From: Dehalococcoidia bacterium
GTDB lineage: Bacteria; Chloroflexota; Dehalococcoidia; UBA2979
DNA: 64,000 bases
Assembly: GCA_965262725.1 (NCBI GenBank)
Contig: OZ253555.1
Location: forward strand, 1,792,001 to 1,856,000
Direction of reading: 5' to 3'
In this document: piece by piece, positions 30,597 through 38,883 of the stretch
Numbering within the stretch: position 1 is the stretch's first letter
Layout of the letters: every line of letters starts with the position of its first letter
Translations under genes and position numbers: made by a program
The notes under the pieces: generated by a model
Told to the model about the DNA's origin: nothing
Databases searched by the model: none
Seen by the model: only the letters and a program-made list of their open reading frames with translations

Positions 30597-31458
30597 GTGC
30601 GTCCGGAAGTCGAAGGGGTGGTGACGTGATGACGTGACCGGTCCGGAGACATGCTCGTTGCTGCCAGCCGGTGAGAGTCCGGCACGGGTAACTGTCAGGA
30701 GGCCCGTTAGCAGGTCGGCGGCGTGGACGGGAAACGGTCTGCGTCGAAGCCCGACGTCAAGAGCCCTATGAGGGGGAGCAAACGTGCGGTCCGCAGCATG
30801 ACGCGAAGTCTGCCGCGCCGTGAGACTCGCCTGTCTATTGACAGGACCAAGGAGGAGCCGAGCCCGGGTGGTCAGGGCGAAGGCCATGGACGAGGTGAAG
30901 ATCCTGGAATGCAGCCTCAAGAAACCTCCCGGCGTATGGGACGTGGAACGTACGGAAGGTAGCGACGGGAACCGGAGAAGCCCTCCCCGGCCCGGCACCC
31001 TGTGAGAGGGCGTCGGAGCGAGGCGTCCTATAACCGGTCAGAGCCGGGAAGTGGACAGCCAGCCGGAAGGGTGGCGGAGGGGGTCGTAGTACCGCTGGAG
31101 CCGGACGGACAACATAACCGCCGGTGATGGGAAGGACCCCTACTTTGTCCGTGCATGTTGCTGGGGGTGTGGACTGGTGAGTGCCCCTCGGGGCTAGCAA
31201 CCACTTGGTAGGGTTCGAGGCTCTCCGCACATGCTGTACCGGCTGGCCAAGGCACGACCCACGTTGTGGGGAGCGCTGCATGCCATCTGGTGAAGGGCAT
31301 CGGTGAGCCGGATGAGGGAGAACCTCACGTCCGGTTCGATGTGGCAGGGGCTGGAGACGGACGCTGCTATGGCCGTGGAGTTGGGCACCACCGGGAAACC
31401 GGCTTGGAACTGATGCGCCACCGCCTACGGCTCGCACCGCGCCAGCCCCTGACCCTAC
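30597..31458 (+). mobile_element. ORF-less group II intron, copy 1 (862 nt)
   Basis: 5' GTGCG; domain V GAGCCGGATGAGGGAGAACCTCACGTCCGGTTC (31305-31337, AGC triad); domain VI stem with bulged A31452; ends CCCTAC; no RT ORF; matches 61597-62458; excision restores the host frame. Confidence 0.93.
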
Positions 31459-33267
31459 AACCGCGACGCCCGTGGCATCTGGTCGGACGGCGAGGTGATG
31501 TGGGTGCTGGACGACAGCAGGCGCACGATCTTCACCTACGCGGTCGAGAGCGGGGAGTCCACGGGCGACTACGGGCTCGACTCCAGCAACAGCGAGCCGC
31601 ACGGAATCTGGTCGGACGGCTTCGCGATCTGGGTCTCGGACGGCACGGAGCGCAGGATCTTCGCCTACGTCCAGCAGGGTCAGGGCCTCACGCGCGTCAC
31701 GGACGAGGAGTTCCCCAACACGGTGCTGACGCGGGCCGGCAACAACAGCCCGCGCGGTATCTGGTCCGACGGTGTCCTGATGTACGTGGTCGATGCCCAC
31801 GACGACCGCATCTACACCTACAACATGCCGCCCGCCATCGACGCGCGGCTCGCATCGCTGACCCTGAGCGACGTCGATATCGGGGACTTCTCGAGCTACC
31901 GCACCGGGTACACGGGCGTCTCCGGTGACGGCGTGACGGTGACGACCATCGTCGCCGCCGCGACGCAGCCCGACGCCGCGGTGGAGCCAGCACCCGCTGA
32001 CGAGGACGGCGATGCGCGGAACGGACACCAGGTCGGAACGGCAGGGGATCCCGAGATCACGGTCACCGTGACCTCGCCGGACGGCAGCCGCACCAGAACC
32101 TACCGCGTTCAGATCGAGAGCGCCGAGCCCGGTCCCGTCGTGCCGGAGTGGACGCTCAGCGACTGCCTGAACGGCCTGACCAAGGGCAGCCTGAGCTACG
32201 TGGTGTTCGGGGGTGGGAGCATCGCGGACCTCATGGATTGCTTCCGCGGCCGCAGCGTGGCGGCCCTGTGGGGTAACCCCGACCAGACCTGGATCCCGCT
32301 GGTCTTCGGGGCGCCGCAGTACGTGAACCTCCGCTTCACCGACTACTACGCGGAGGGCATCGCCCCCTTCACGCCCTTCATCGCCTGGCGCGATCTCAGG
32401 GAGCGCCCCGTGGTGCGCCGACGGGCGCCGGTTCAGGACGTGAACGCGCAGCCCTCGTCGGGGACTACGAGCGGCGCGTCGCCGGAGCCGGCGCCCGAGG
32501 CACAGCAGCGGCAAGCGGTCTGGCGCGTGATCGGGAACACGGGCGGCGACGGCGTCTCCCACCGCAACGCCTGCTCGGACGGCGCGCGGCTGTCGAAGAT
32601 CGGTGGCTGGGCGGACGGCACCGAGGTGGAGGTGCTGGAGGAGGGTAGCGGGAACTGCGAGGGCTGGCTGCGGGTGCGTGCGGGCGAGGTGACGTCGTGG
32701 GTGCGCGAGGAGTACCTCGTCGAGCCGGGCGGCGCGGAGCCGGATCCGGCGCCTGAGGCGCAGCAACTGCAAGCGGTCTGGCGCGTGATCGGGAACACGG
32801 GCGGCGACGGCGTCTCCCACCGCAACGCCTGCTCGGACGGCGCGCGGCTGTCGGAGATCGGTGGCTGGGCGGACGGCACCGAGGTGGAGGTGCTGGAGGA
32901 GGGTAGCGGGAGCTGCGAGGGCTGGCTGTGGGTGCGTGCGGGCGAGGTGACGTCGTGGGTGCGCGAGGAGTACCTGGTCGAGCCGGGCGCCGCCTCGCCG
33001 GAGCCGGCGCCCGGGGCACAGCAACAGCAAGCGATCTGGCACATGATTGGGTACACGGGCGGGGACGGCGTCTCTCACCGCGACGTCTGCTCGGACGACG
33101 CGCGGCTGTCGGAGATCGGCGGCTGGGCGGCCGGCACCGAGGTGGAGGTGCTGGAGGAGGGTAGCGGGAGCTGTGAGGGCTGGCTGCGGGTGCGTGCGGG
33201 CGGGGTGACGTCGTGGGTGCGCGAGGAGTACCTCGTCGCGTCAACGATGGGGACGGGCCAGGACTAG
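31459..33267 (+). CDS. Large secreted LRR protein, exon 2 (propeller repeats, beta-sandwich, 3 SH3-like repeats)
   Basis: Begins NRDARGIWSDGEVMWV, completing a repeat like EFDLAEENRAPRGVWSDHETMWV in exon 1; in frame with ORF 31495..33267. Confidence 0.85.
   Translation, partial: NRDARGIWSDGEVMWVLDDSRRTIFTYAVESGESTGDYGLDSSNSEPHGIWSDGFAIWVSDGTERRIFAYVQQGQGLTRVTDEEFPNTVLTRAGNNSPRGIWSDGVLMYVVDAHDDRIYTYNMPPAIDARLASLTLSDVDIGDFSSYRTGYTGVSGDGVTVTTIVAAATQPDAAVEPAPADEDGDARNGHQVGTAGDPEITVTVTSPDGSRTRTYRVQIESAEPGPVVPEWTLSDCLNGLTKGSLSYVVFGGGSIADLMDCFRGRSVAALWGNPDQTWIPLVFGAPQYVNLRFTDYYAEGIAPFTPFIAWRDLRERPVVRRRAPVQDVNAQPSSGTTSGASPEPAPEAQQRQAVWRVIGNTGGDGVSHRNACSDGARLSKIGGWADGTEVEVLEEGSGNCEGWLRVRAGEVTSWVREEYLVEPGGAEPDPAPEAQQLQAVWRVIGNTGGDGVSHRNACSDGARLSEIGGWADGTEVEVLEEGSGSCEGWLWVRAGEVTSWVREEYLVEPGAASPEPAPGAQQQQAIWHMIGYTGGDGVSHRDVCSDDARLSEIGGWAAGTEVEVLEEGSGSCEGWLRVRAGGVTSWVREEYLVASTMGTGQD
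32512..33236 (+). repeat. Three near-identical 258-bp (86-aa) coding repeats
   Basis: Units start at 32512, 32770 and 33028: QAVWRVIGNTGGDGVSHR..GWLRVRAGEVTSWVREEYL. Confidence 0.9.
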
Positions 33268-33417
33268 AGGCCCGGCCGCGCCGGGCGACCCCGGCGGTGG
33301 CCGGTTGGGTGCCGGCGCAGGCGCCCTCGTCTCCACGGAGCGCGCCGCCTGCGGTTGAAGTGTCCCCCCGGCGCGAGCCCACCCTGTCCAGCACCGATTC
33401 GGCCCGAGCGAACGCAC

Positions 33418-34719
33418 ATGAACGCCGCCCGACACTCACCGGCCAGCGCGGCGAAGCTCGTCGAGGCTTACGGCGCGGTCCGCCAGGCGAGCGAGCAGTT
33501 CGCAGCGCCGCTCGCCATCGAGGACTACATGGTGCAGGCGGTTCCCGACGCGAGCCCGACGAAGTGGCACCTCGCTCACGTCTCCTGGTTCTTCGAGACC
33601 TTTCTCCTCAGGCCACACCTGAACGAATACCGCCCGCTCGACGAACGCTTCCGCGATCTCTTCAATTCCTACTACAACGCCATCGGGCCCCAGCACAGCA
33701 GGCCCGACCGGGGGGTGATCTCGCGGCCGACGGTCGCCGAGGTCTACGAGTACCGAAAGCACGTGGACGACGGCATGCTCGTGTTGCTGGAGCATGCGGA
33801 CGAGCATCACCTGCAGGAGATCTCCCCGCTGGTCGAGCTGGGCCTCCACCACGAGCAGCAGCACCATGAATTGATGGTCGCCGACCTGAAGTACAATTTC
33901 TCGGTCAACCCGCTGAAGCCCGCCTATCACGATGTAGCGATCCCTCAGGGCGTCTCGACCCCGCCCCTGGACTGGGTCGAGCACCCCGGAGGCGTGACGC
34001 AGTCCGGGTGGGACGGCGAGACCTTCGCATTCGACCATGAATTGCCGCGGCACGATGTCTTGCTCTATCCGCACCGAATGGCCTCCCGGCTCGTCACCAA
34101 CGGTGAGTTCATGGCCTTCATGGCGGACGGCGGCTATGAGCGCTCCGAACTCTGGTTGTCGCAGGGTTGGGCGACGGTCAACCAGGAACGGTGGAGGTCG
34201 CCGCTCTACTGGGAGCACGTCGACGGCGAGTGGTGGCACTACACGCTCTCAGGCATGCAGAGGGTGGACGAGCACGCTCCCGTGGTTCACGTCAGCTACT
34301 TCGAGGCGAGCGCCTACGCGAGCTGGGCGGGCAAGCGCCTGCCGCGGGAAGACGAATGGGAGCATCATGCATCGCCGCTCCCGATCGAGGGCCACTTCGT
34401 CGACGATCGCCTCTACCATCCCGTCGCGCTCGACACCGGCACCGGCACCGGCACCGGCACACCGACGGACGGCCTCCAGCAGATGTACGGCGATGTGTGG
34501 GAGTGGACGAGTTCCGCATTCTTGCCGTACCCGGGCTTCCGGCCATTGGAGGGCGCGGCCGGCGAGTACAACGGCAAGTTCATGATGGGCCAGATGGTGC
34601 TCCGCGGCGGATCTGTCGCCACCCCCCGCGACCATATGCGGGTGAGCTACCGCAACTTCTTCTATCCGCCCGACCGCTGGCAGTTCATGGGCTTCCGTCT
34701 GGCCGAGGACCTCGGCTAG
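33418..34719 (+). CDS. egtB: Ergothioneine biosynthesis sulfoxide synthase
   Basis: DASPTKWHLAH, FNSYY, HHEQQHHE (Fe ligands), FGE-sulfatase domain, EYNGKFM, YRNFF..RWQF.GFRLA. Confidence 0.92.
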   Translation: MNAARHSPASAAKLVEAYGAVRQASEQFAAPLAIEDYMVQAVPDASPTKWHLAHVSWFFETFLLRPHLNEYRPLDERFRDLFNSYYNAIGPQHSRPDRGVISRPTVAEVYEYRKHVDDGMLVLLEHADEHHLQEISPLVELGLHHEQQHHELMVADLKYNFSVNPLKPAYHDVAIPQGVSTPPLDWVEHPGGVTQSGWDGETFAFDHELPRHDVLLYPHRMASRLVTNGEFMAFMADGGYERSELWLSQGWATVNQERWRSPLYWEHVDGEWWHYTLSGMQRVDEHAPVVHVSYFEASAYASWAGKRLPREDEWEHHASPLPIEGHFVDDRLYHPVALDTGTGTGTGTPTDGLQQMYGDVWEWTSSAFLPYPGFRPLEGAAGEYNGKFMMGQMVLRGGSVATPRDHMRVSYRNFFYPPDRWQFMGFRLAEDLG

Positions 34720-34832
34720 CTCGAGTTCGCCGATGTCGACGACGCAGAACCCGGGCTCGCGTGCCCGTCGGGACTGATGCCCGCGCGGCTCGCTCAGGAA
34801 GGACGCGAGACGATCGGACAGCAGGACCCGCG

Positions 34833-35831
34833 ATGACCGGCCGCTTCACCATCACCGCTCACACGTCGGCGGACGACGAGCACCTGTCCGCCGTGGCGGA
34901 GATCGTCCAGGGACTGACGGGCGACCCCAAGACCCTGAGCCCGAGATTCCTCTACCACGATGAGGGTTCCCGGCTATTCGACGAGATCACGCGCCTCGAC
35001 GAGTACTACCCCACGCGGGTCGAGCAGTCGTTGCTCGAACGCTTCGGCGCTGAGATCGTCGACGACATTCGACCCAGCGAAATAGTCGAGCTGGGGCCCG
35101 GGAGCGGGGCCAAGAGCGGGATGCTGGTCGGCCCGGGGCTGCGGGCCGGAACACTCGCCCGCTACATCCCCTTCGACATCAGCGAGTCGGCGGTCCGCGG
35201 AAGCGCATCATCGCTGCTCGCGGCGTATCCGTATCTCGACGAGATTGCCGGCGTCGTGGGTGACTTCGGTCGCCACCTCTCCGCCATACCCTCCACACAC
35301 GGAACGCGCCTCATCGCCTTTCTGGGCTCGACGATCGGGAACCTCCATCCCGGCGAGCAGCGCCGACTCCTCGGGGACCTGCGTGGACTGATGGCGCGGA
35401 GCGACGACGCTTTGCTCATCGGCGTGGACCTCGTCAAGGAACGTGCCGTCCTCGAGGCGGCCTACAACGACCGCGAGGGCGTCACGGCCCTCTTCAATCT
35501 CAACTCGCTGAGGGCGGCGAACGATCTGCTGGGGGTCGACATCGACACCGGCCTGTTCAGGCATCGCGCCTTCTTCAATGCCGAGCATTCGCGGATCGAG
35601 ATGCGCCTGGAGGCGAGCGCCGAGGTCTCGTTCACGCTGCCCGCGCGTGGGGACACCGTCCGTGTCCGTGCGGGCGAGACGATCTGGACCGAGAGCTCCT
35701 ACAAGTTCACCAGGGAGGGATTCGCCGAGACGCTGCGCGACTCGGGGTTCGGACGCGCGCGGTGGTACACGGACCCCGAGGAGATGTTCGCGCTCGTGCT
35801 GGCCCGCCCCGGCCCGCCCGAGGCGATCTAG
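34833..35831 (+). CDS. egtD: L-histidine N-alpha-methyltransferase
   Basis: PKTL..Y..GS.LFDEIT.LDEYYPTR, ELGPGSG, FLGSTIGN, AYND..GVT, WTESSYKF. Confidence 0.92.
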   Translation: MTGRFTITAHTSADDEHLSAVAEIVQGLTGDPKTLSPRFLYHDEGSRLFDEITRLDEYYPTRVEQSLLERFGAEIVDDIRPSEIVELGPGSGAKSGMLVGPGLRAGTLARYIPFDISESAVRGSASSLLAAYPYLDEIAGVVGDFGRHLSAIPSTHGTRLIAFLGSTIGNLHPGEQRRLLGDLRGLMARSDDALLIGVDLVKERAVLEAAYNDREGVTALFNLNSLRAANDLLGVDIDTGLFRHRAFFNAEHSRIEMRLEASAEVSFTLPARGDTVRVRAGETIWTESSYKFTREGFAETLRDSGFGRARWYTDPEEMFALVLARPGPPEAI

Positions 35832-36670
35832 CGGCGCATCTCCCACGTCACGATCCCGATCTCCCGGAACCCCACCGGGATCCTGATGCCCTCGGGCTCA
35901 CTCCACCACCGCTCCATCAGGTCGCACATCCTCCGGTCCTTCTGCGAGTGCGGGCGCAGCCAGAGCATGCGCCGCGCGAGCGTCCGCGCCTCGTCTGGAG
36001 CGAGGGGCGCCGGCGCCGAGCCGGTCACCACGCGTCGCACCTCGTAGGGGCTCCCGAGAGCCCCGAGCAGCGCCACGAACTCCCGCAGCCCCGGAAGTGT
36101 CTGCAACGGCTCCCCGTGGACCGCCTCGAAGAGGTCGGCGAGCTGAGAACCCCGCGGGAACCGCGCCAGCGCGACCACGCAGAGGCGCCGGGCACTCCGC
36201 TCCATCGCCTCGATGAAGGGGACGGGCGCGCGGATGTCGTAGAGGCAGTGGGCGGCCAGCGCCACGTCGGCCTGCTCTGTCCAGGCCGCAGCTGGCCATC
36301 GGACGTCGTGCACGGACACGTTTGTCGCATCCGCCGCAGCGACGCCCTCGGCGAGCACGCGGCGCATGGCGGGCGAGGGCTCGATCGCGATGACACGCCT
36401 CACCCGGCGCGAGAGCGGGAGGGCGAAGCGCCCGCCGCCGGCGCCGATGTCGAGCCAGGAGTCCTCGCGGCGCGAGAGGGATGCCAGCACGTCGGACTCG
36501 GCGGCGGAGGGCTGCCCCGGCCGGAAGCGCCCGGCGACCGGCGCGTAGTAGTCGTGGGTCGGTTCGACCTCGCGGACCCGAGCGACCTGCTCGGCGTCGG
36601 CTTCGACGAGCCCGGCCCAGGCCTCGCGGGCTGCGTCGATCGATGGTCTGAGCGCGTGCACGGGCTCCAT
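35828..36670 (-). CDS. Class I SAM-dependent methyltransferase
   Basis: WLDIGAGGG, AIEPSPAM; ATG after GGAGGT. Confidence 0.8.
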   Translation of the reverse strand: MEPVHALRPSIDAAREAWAGLVEADAEQVARVREVEPTHDYYAPVAGRFRPGQPSAAESDVLASLSRREDSWLDIGAGGGRFALPLSRRVRRVIAIEPSPAMRRVLAEGVAAADATNVSVHDVRWPAAAWTEQADVALAAHCLYDIRAPVPFIEAMERSARRLCVVALARFPRGSQLADLFEAVHGEPLQTLPGLREFVALLGALGSPYEVRRVVTGSAPAPLAPDEARTLARRMLWLRPHSQKDRRMCDLMERWWSEPEGIRIPVGFREIGIVTWEMRR

Positions 36671-36983
36671 CTCTCGACCTCCGAGCGCTCCTACCCACGG
36701 CCGTCGCATCCGCGGTGTCGGAGGCTCCTCACGGAGCAGATTCCACTACCGCGCCAGGATCGCGCCACCGCATCGCGCGACGGGATGCCGCACGTCGGCC
36801 ACGCCACGGGAGCCGACCGGCGCCGAAGGCACGCCGCCGCCCGGGCTCACCTCGCGGCGCATGCCTGCGACGCGCGGCGGGGCGACATCGCCCGTGCCGC
36901 CCGCGACCGCCAAACCGAGGAGCAGCGGAGCGGCGGGTCAACGGGCGGCCCGCCACCGCGAGGCCGTGCTCTGCGTCGGAGTC

Positions 36984-37445
36984 TCACCTGCGCGACTGGT
37001 CGGCTTCCAGCTGTTCGCGGACGCGCGAGACGAACTGATCGAAGAGCCGATCGGAGACGAACTTGATCAGGCGGGAGCCCATCTGCGCCATGCGGCCGCC
37101 GACGTTGGCGACGGCCTCGACGGAGGACTCGGTCCCGCCGTCCTCCAGGGCCTTCAGCTCGCCGCGCATCTCCACATCGGCGCTGCCGTCGCCCACCCCG
37201 TGCGCGACGACGCGCATCCTGTAGTGCTCGGCGTCCAGCTCCTCGAAGCGCCCTGAGCCCCGGTACCTGGCCTGCACCGGCCCGACCTTGATGCCCAGCC
37301 GGCCGGCGAACTCGAGTCCCTCGGTCGTCTCGGTCAGCTCCGCGCCCGGCACGCACGCGACCACCCGCTCGGGATCGGTGAGGAACTCCCAGACGCGATC
37401 GATCGGAGCGTTCACGCGGAAGGTCTTCTCGACTCGGACTTCCAT
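36984..37445 (-). CDS. coxG: CoxG / SRPBCC family protein
   Basis: VWEFLTDPE.V..CVPGA, KVGPV..Y.G, GGRMAQMGSR; divergent from coxM. Confidence 0.8.
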   Translation of the reverse strand: MEVRVEKTFRVNAPIDRVWEFLTDPERVVACVPGAELTETTEGLEFAGRLGIKVGPVQARYRGSGRFEELDAEHYRMRVVAHGVGDGSADVEMRGELKALEDGGTESSVEAVANVGGRMAQMGSRLIKFVSDRLFDQFVSRVREQLEADQSRR

Positions 37446-37539
37446 CCCATCACTCCCTCTGCTCCGGGGGGGCGCGTTCCCCGCTACACTGTCGCCGGGC
37501 GCAAACGATCGTTATCGGCGTCCGTCAAGGAGAAGACCC

Positions 37540-38406
37540 GTGATTCCCGGACCGTTCGACTACTTCGCCCCGTCCACTCTAGACGAAGCCTTGGCCCTGC
37601 TCTCAGATCACGGCCCCGATGCGAGAGTGCTCGCAGGGGGTCAGAGCCTGATACCTCTGATGAAGCTGCGGCTCGCCGAACCGTCGGTGCTCGTCGACCT
37701 GAACCGCGTGCATGGGCTCGGCGGGGTCGAGGAGCGAGGCGATCATCTCCGGATCGGCGCGATGACGCGTCACGCCGCGCTCGAGACCTCCGAGCTGATC
37801 AACTCGCGTTACCCGCTGATAGCGGAGGCCGCGCCCGTGATCGCCGACCCGCTGGTGCGAAATCGCGGCACCACCGGCGGCTCCCTGGCCCACGCCGACC
37901 CCGCCGGAGATCTCGGGTCGGTCATGACCGCGCTCGGCGCCGAGATCGTCGTCACCGGTCCCTCGGGCGCGCGCACACTCCCGATCGACGACCTGCTGCT
38001 GGGTCCGTTTACCACCACGCTGGAGGACGGCGAGATCATGACCGAGGTGCGCGTCCCCCTCCCCCGGGCGGGAAGCGCGGGCACCTACGAGAAGCTCGAG
38101 CGGAAGGTCGGCGACTTCGCCACGGCCGCCGTCGCCGTCCAGCTCACCCGGGAGCGCGGTAGCTGCGCGTCGATCGGGATCGCTCTCACCGCGGTCGGGC
38201 CCACCACCATCCGTGCCAGCGCGGCCGAGGACTTCCTCCGGGGAGGCGGCATGGGCGAGCCGGAGCTCCGCGCCGCCGCCGAGCTCGCGGCCGAGGCCGC
38301 GGAGCCGGCCGCCGACCTACGGGGATCCGAGGAATACAAGCGGGACATGGTGCGGGTTCTGACCCTGCGAGCGCTCAGGCGAGCGGTCGCACGAGCGGGA
38401 GGGTAG
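37540..38406 (+). CDS. coxM: CO dehydrogenase medium (FAD) subunit
   Basis: AGGQSLIPLMKLR, VRNRGTTGGSLAHADP, ERKVGDFA. Confidence 0.9.
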   Translation: MIPGPFDYFAPSTLDEALALLSDHGPDARVLAGGQSLIPLMKLRLAEPSVLVDLNRVHGLGGVEERGDHLRIGAMTRHAALETSELINSRYPLIAEAAPVIADPLVRNRGTTGGSLAHADPAGDLGSVMTALGAEIVVTGPSGARTLPIDDLLLGPFTTTLEDGEIMTEVRVPLPRAGSAGTYEKLERKVGDFATAAVAVQLTRERGSCASIGIALTAVGPTTIRASAAEDFLRGGGMGEPELRAAAELAAEAAEPAADLRGSEEYKRDMVRVLTLRALRRAVARAGG

Positions 38407-38410
38407 AGAG

Positions 38411-38881
38411 ATGCCACAGATCGAGGTAACGGTGAACGGCACCGCCCATCAGGTGGATGTCGAGCCCCGCCTGCTCCTCGTGCACCTGATCCGCGAGGAT
38501 CTCGCGCTCACGGGGACGCACATCGGCTGCGACACCACGCACTGCGGCGCCTGCACGGTCCTGCTCGACGGGGTGCCGGTGAAGTCCTGCACGATCTTCG
38601 CCGTCCAGGCCGATGGCGGCGAGATCAAAACGGTCGAGGGGCTGGAGCAAGGCGGCGTGCTCCATCCGATACAGCAGGCGTTCATGGAGAAGCACGGCCT
38701 GCAGTGCGGATTCTGCACACCGGGGATGATGCTGACGGGCGCCGCGCTGCTGGAGCGCAATCCTGATCCCGACGAGGCGGAGGTGCGCCGAGCCATCTCG
38801 GGCAATCTCTGCCGCTGCACCGGCTACGTGAACATCGTCGAGTCCGTGCGGCACGCCGCCCAGACGTTGCGGGGGAGTTGA
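38411..38881 (+). CDS. coxS: CO dehydrogenase small (2Fe-2S) subunit
   Basis: GCDTTHCGAC..SC, QCGFCTPG, NLCRCTGY. Confidence 0.92.
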   Translation: MPQIEVTVNGTAHQVDVEPRLLLVHLIREDLALTGTHIGCDTTHCGACTVLLDGVPVKSCTIFAVQADGGEIKTVEGLEQGGVLHPIQQAFMEKHGLQCGFCTPGMMLTGAALLERNPDPDEAEVRRAISGNLCRCTGYVNIVESVRHAAQTLRGS

Positions 38882-38883
38882 CC

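Noticed and set aside
30723-31421. Short ORFs inside the 862-nt element and its copy
   Set aside because: No RT or transposase motifs; they overlap ribozyme domains.
30597-31458. Interpretation as a MITE or IS remnant
   Set aside because: No terminal inverted repeats or target duplication; group II termini and domains V/VI are clear.
32512-33236. Possible diversity-generating retroelement template/variable repeats
   Set aside because: Units are tandem in-frame domains, differences are not adenine-specific, and the RT in the window is intron-type.
25760-33300. tRNA-Pro as integration site of a genomic island
   Set aside because: No integrase and no duplicated tRNA 3' end noticed downstream.
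34435-34464. ACCGGC microrepeat in egtB (TGTGTGT)
   Set aside because: In-frame short loop expansion with no evident consequence.
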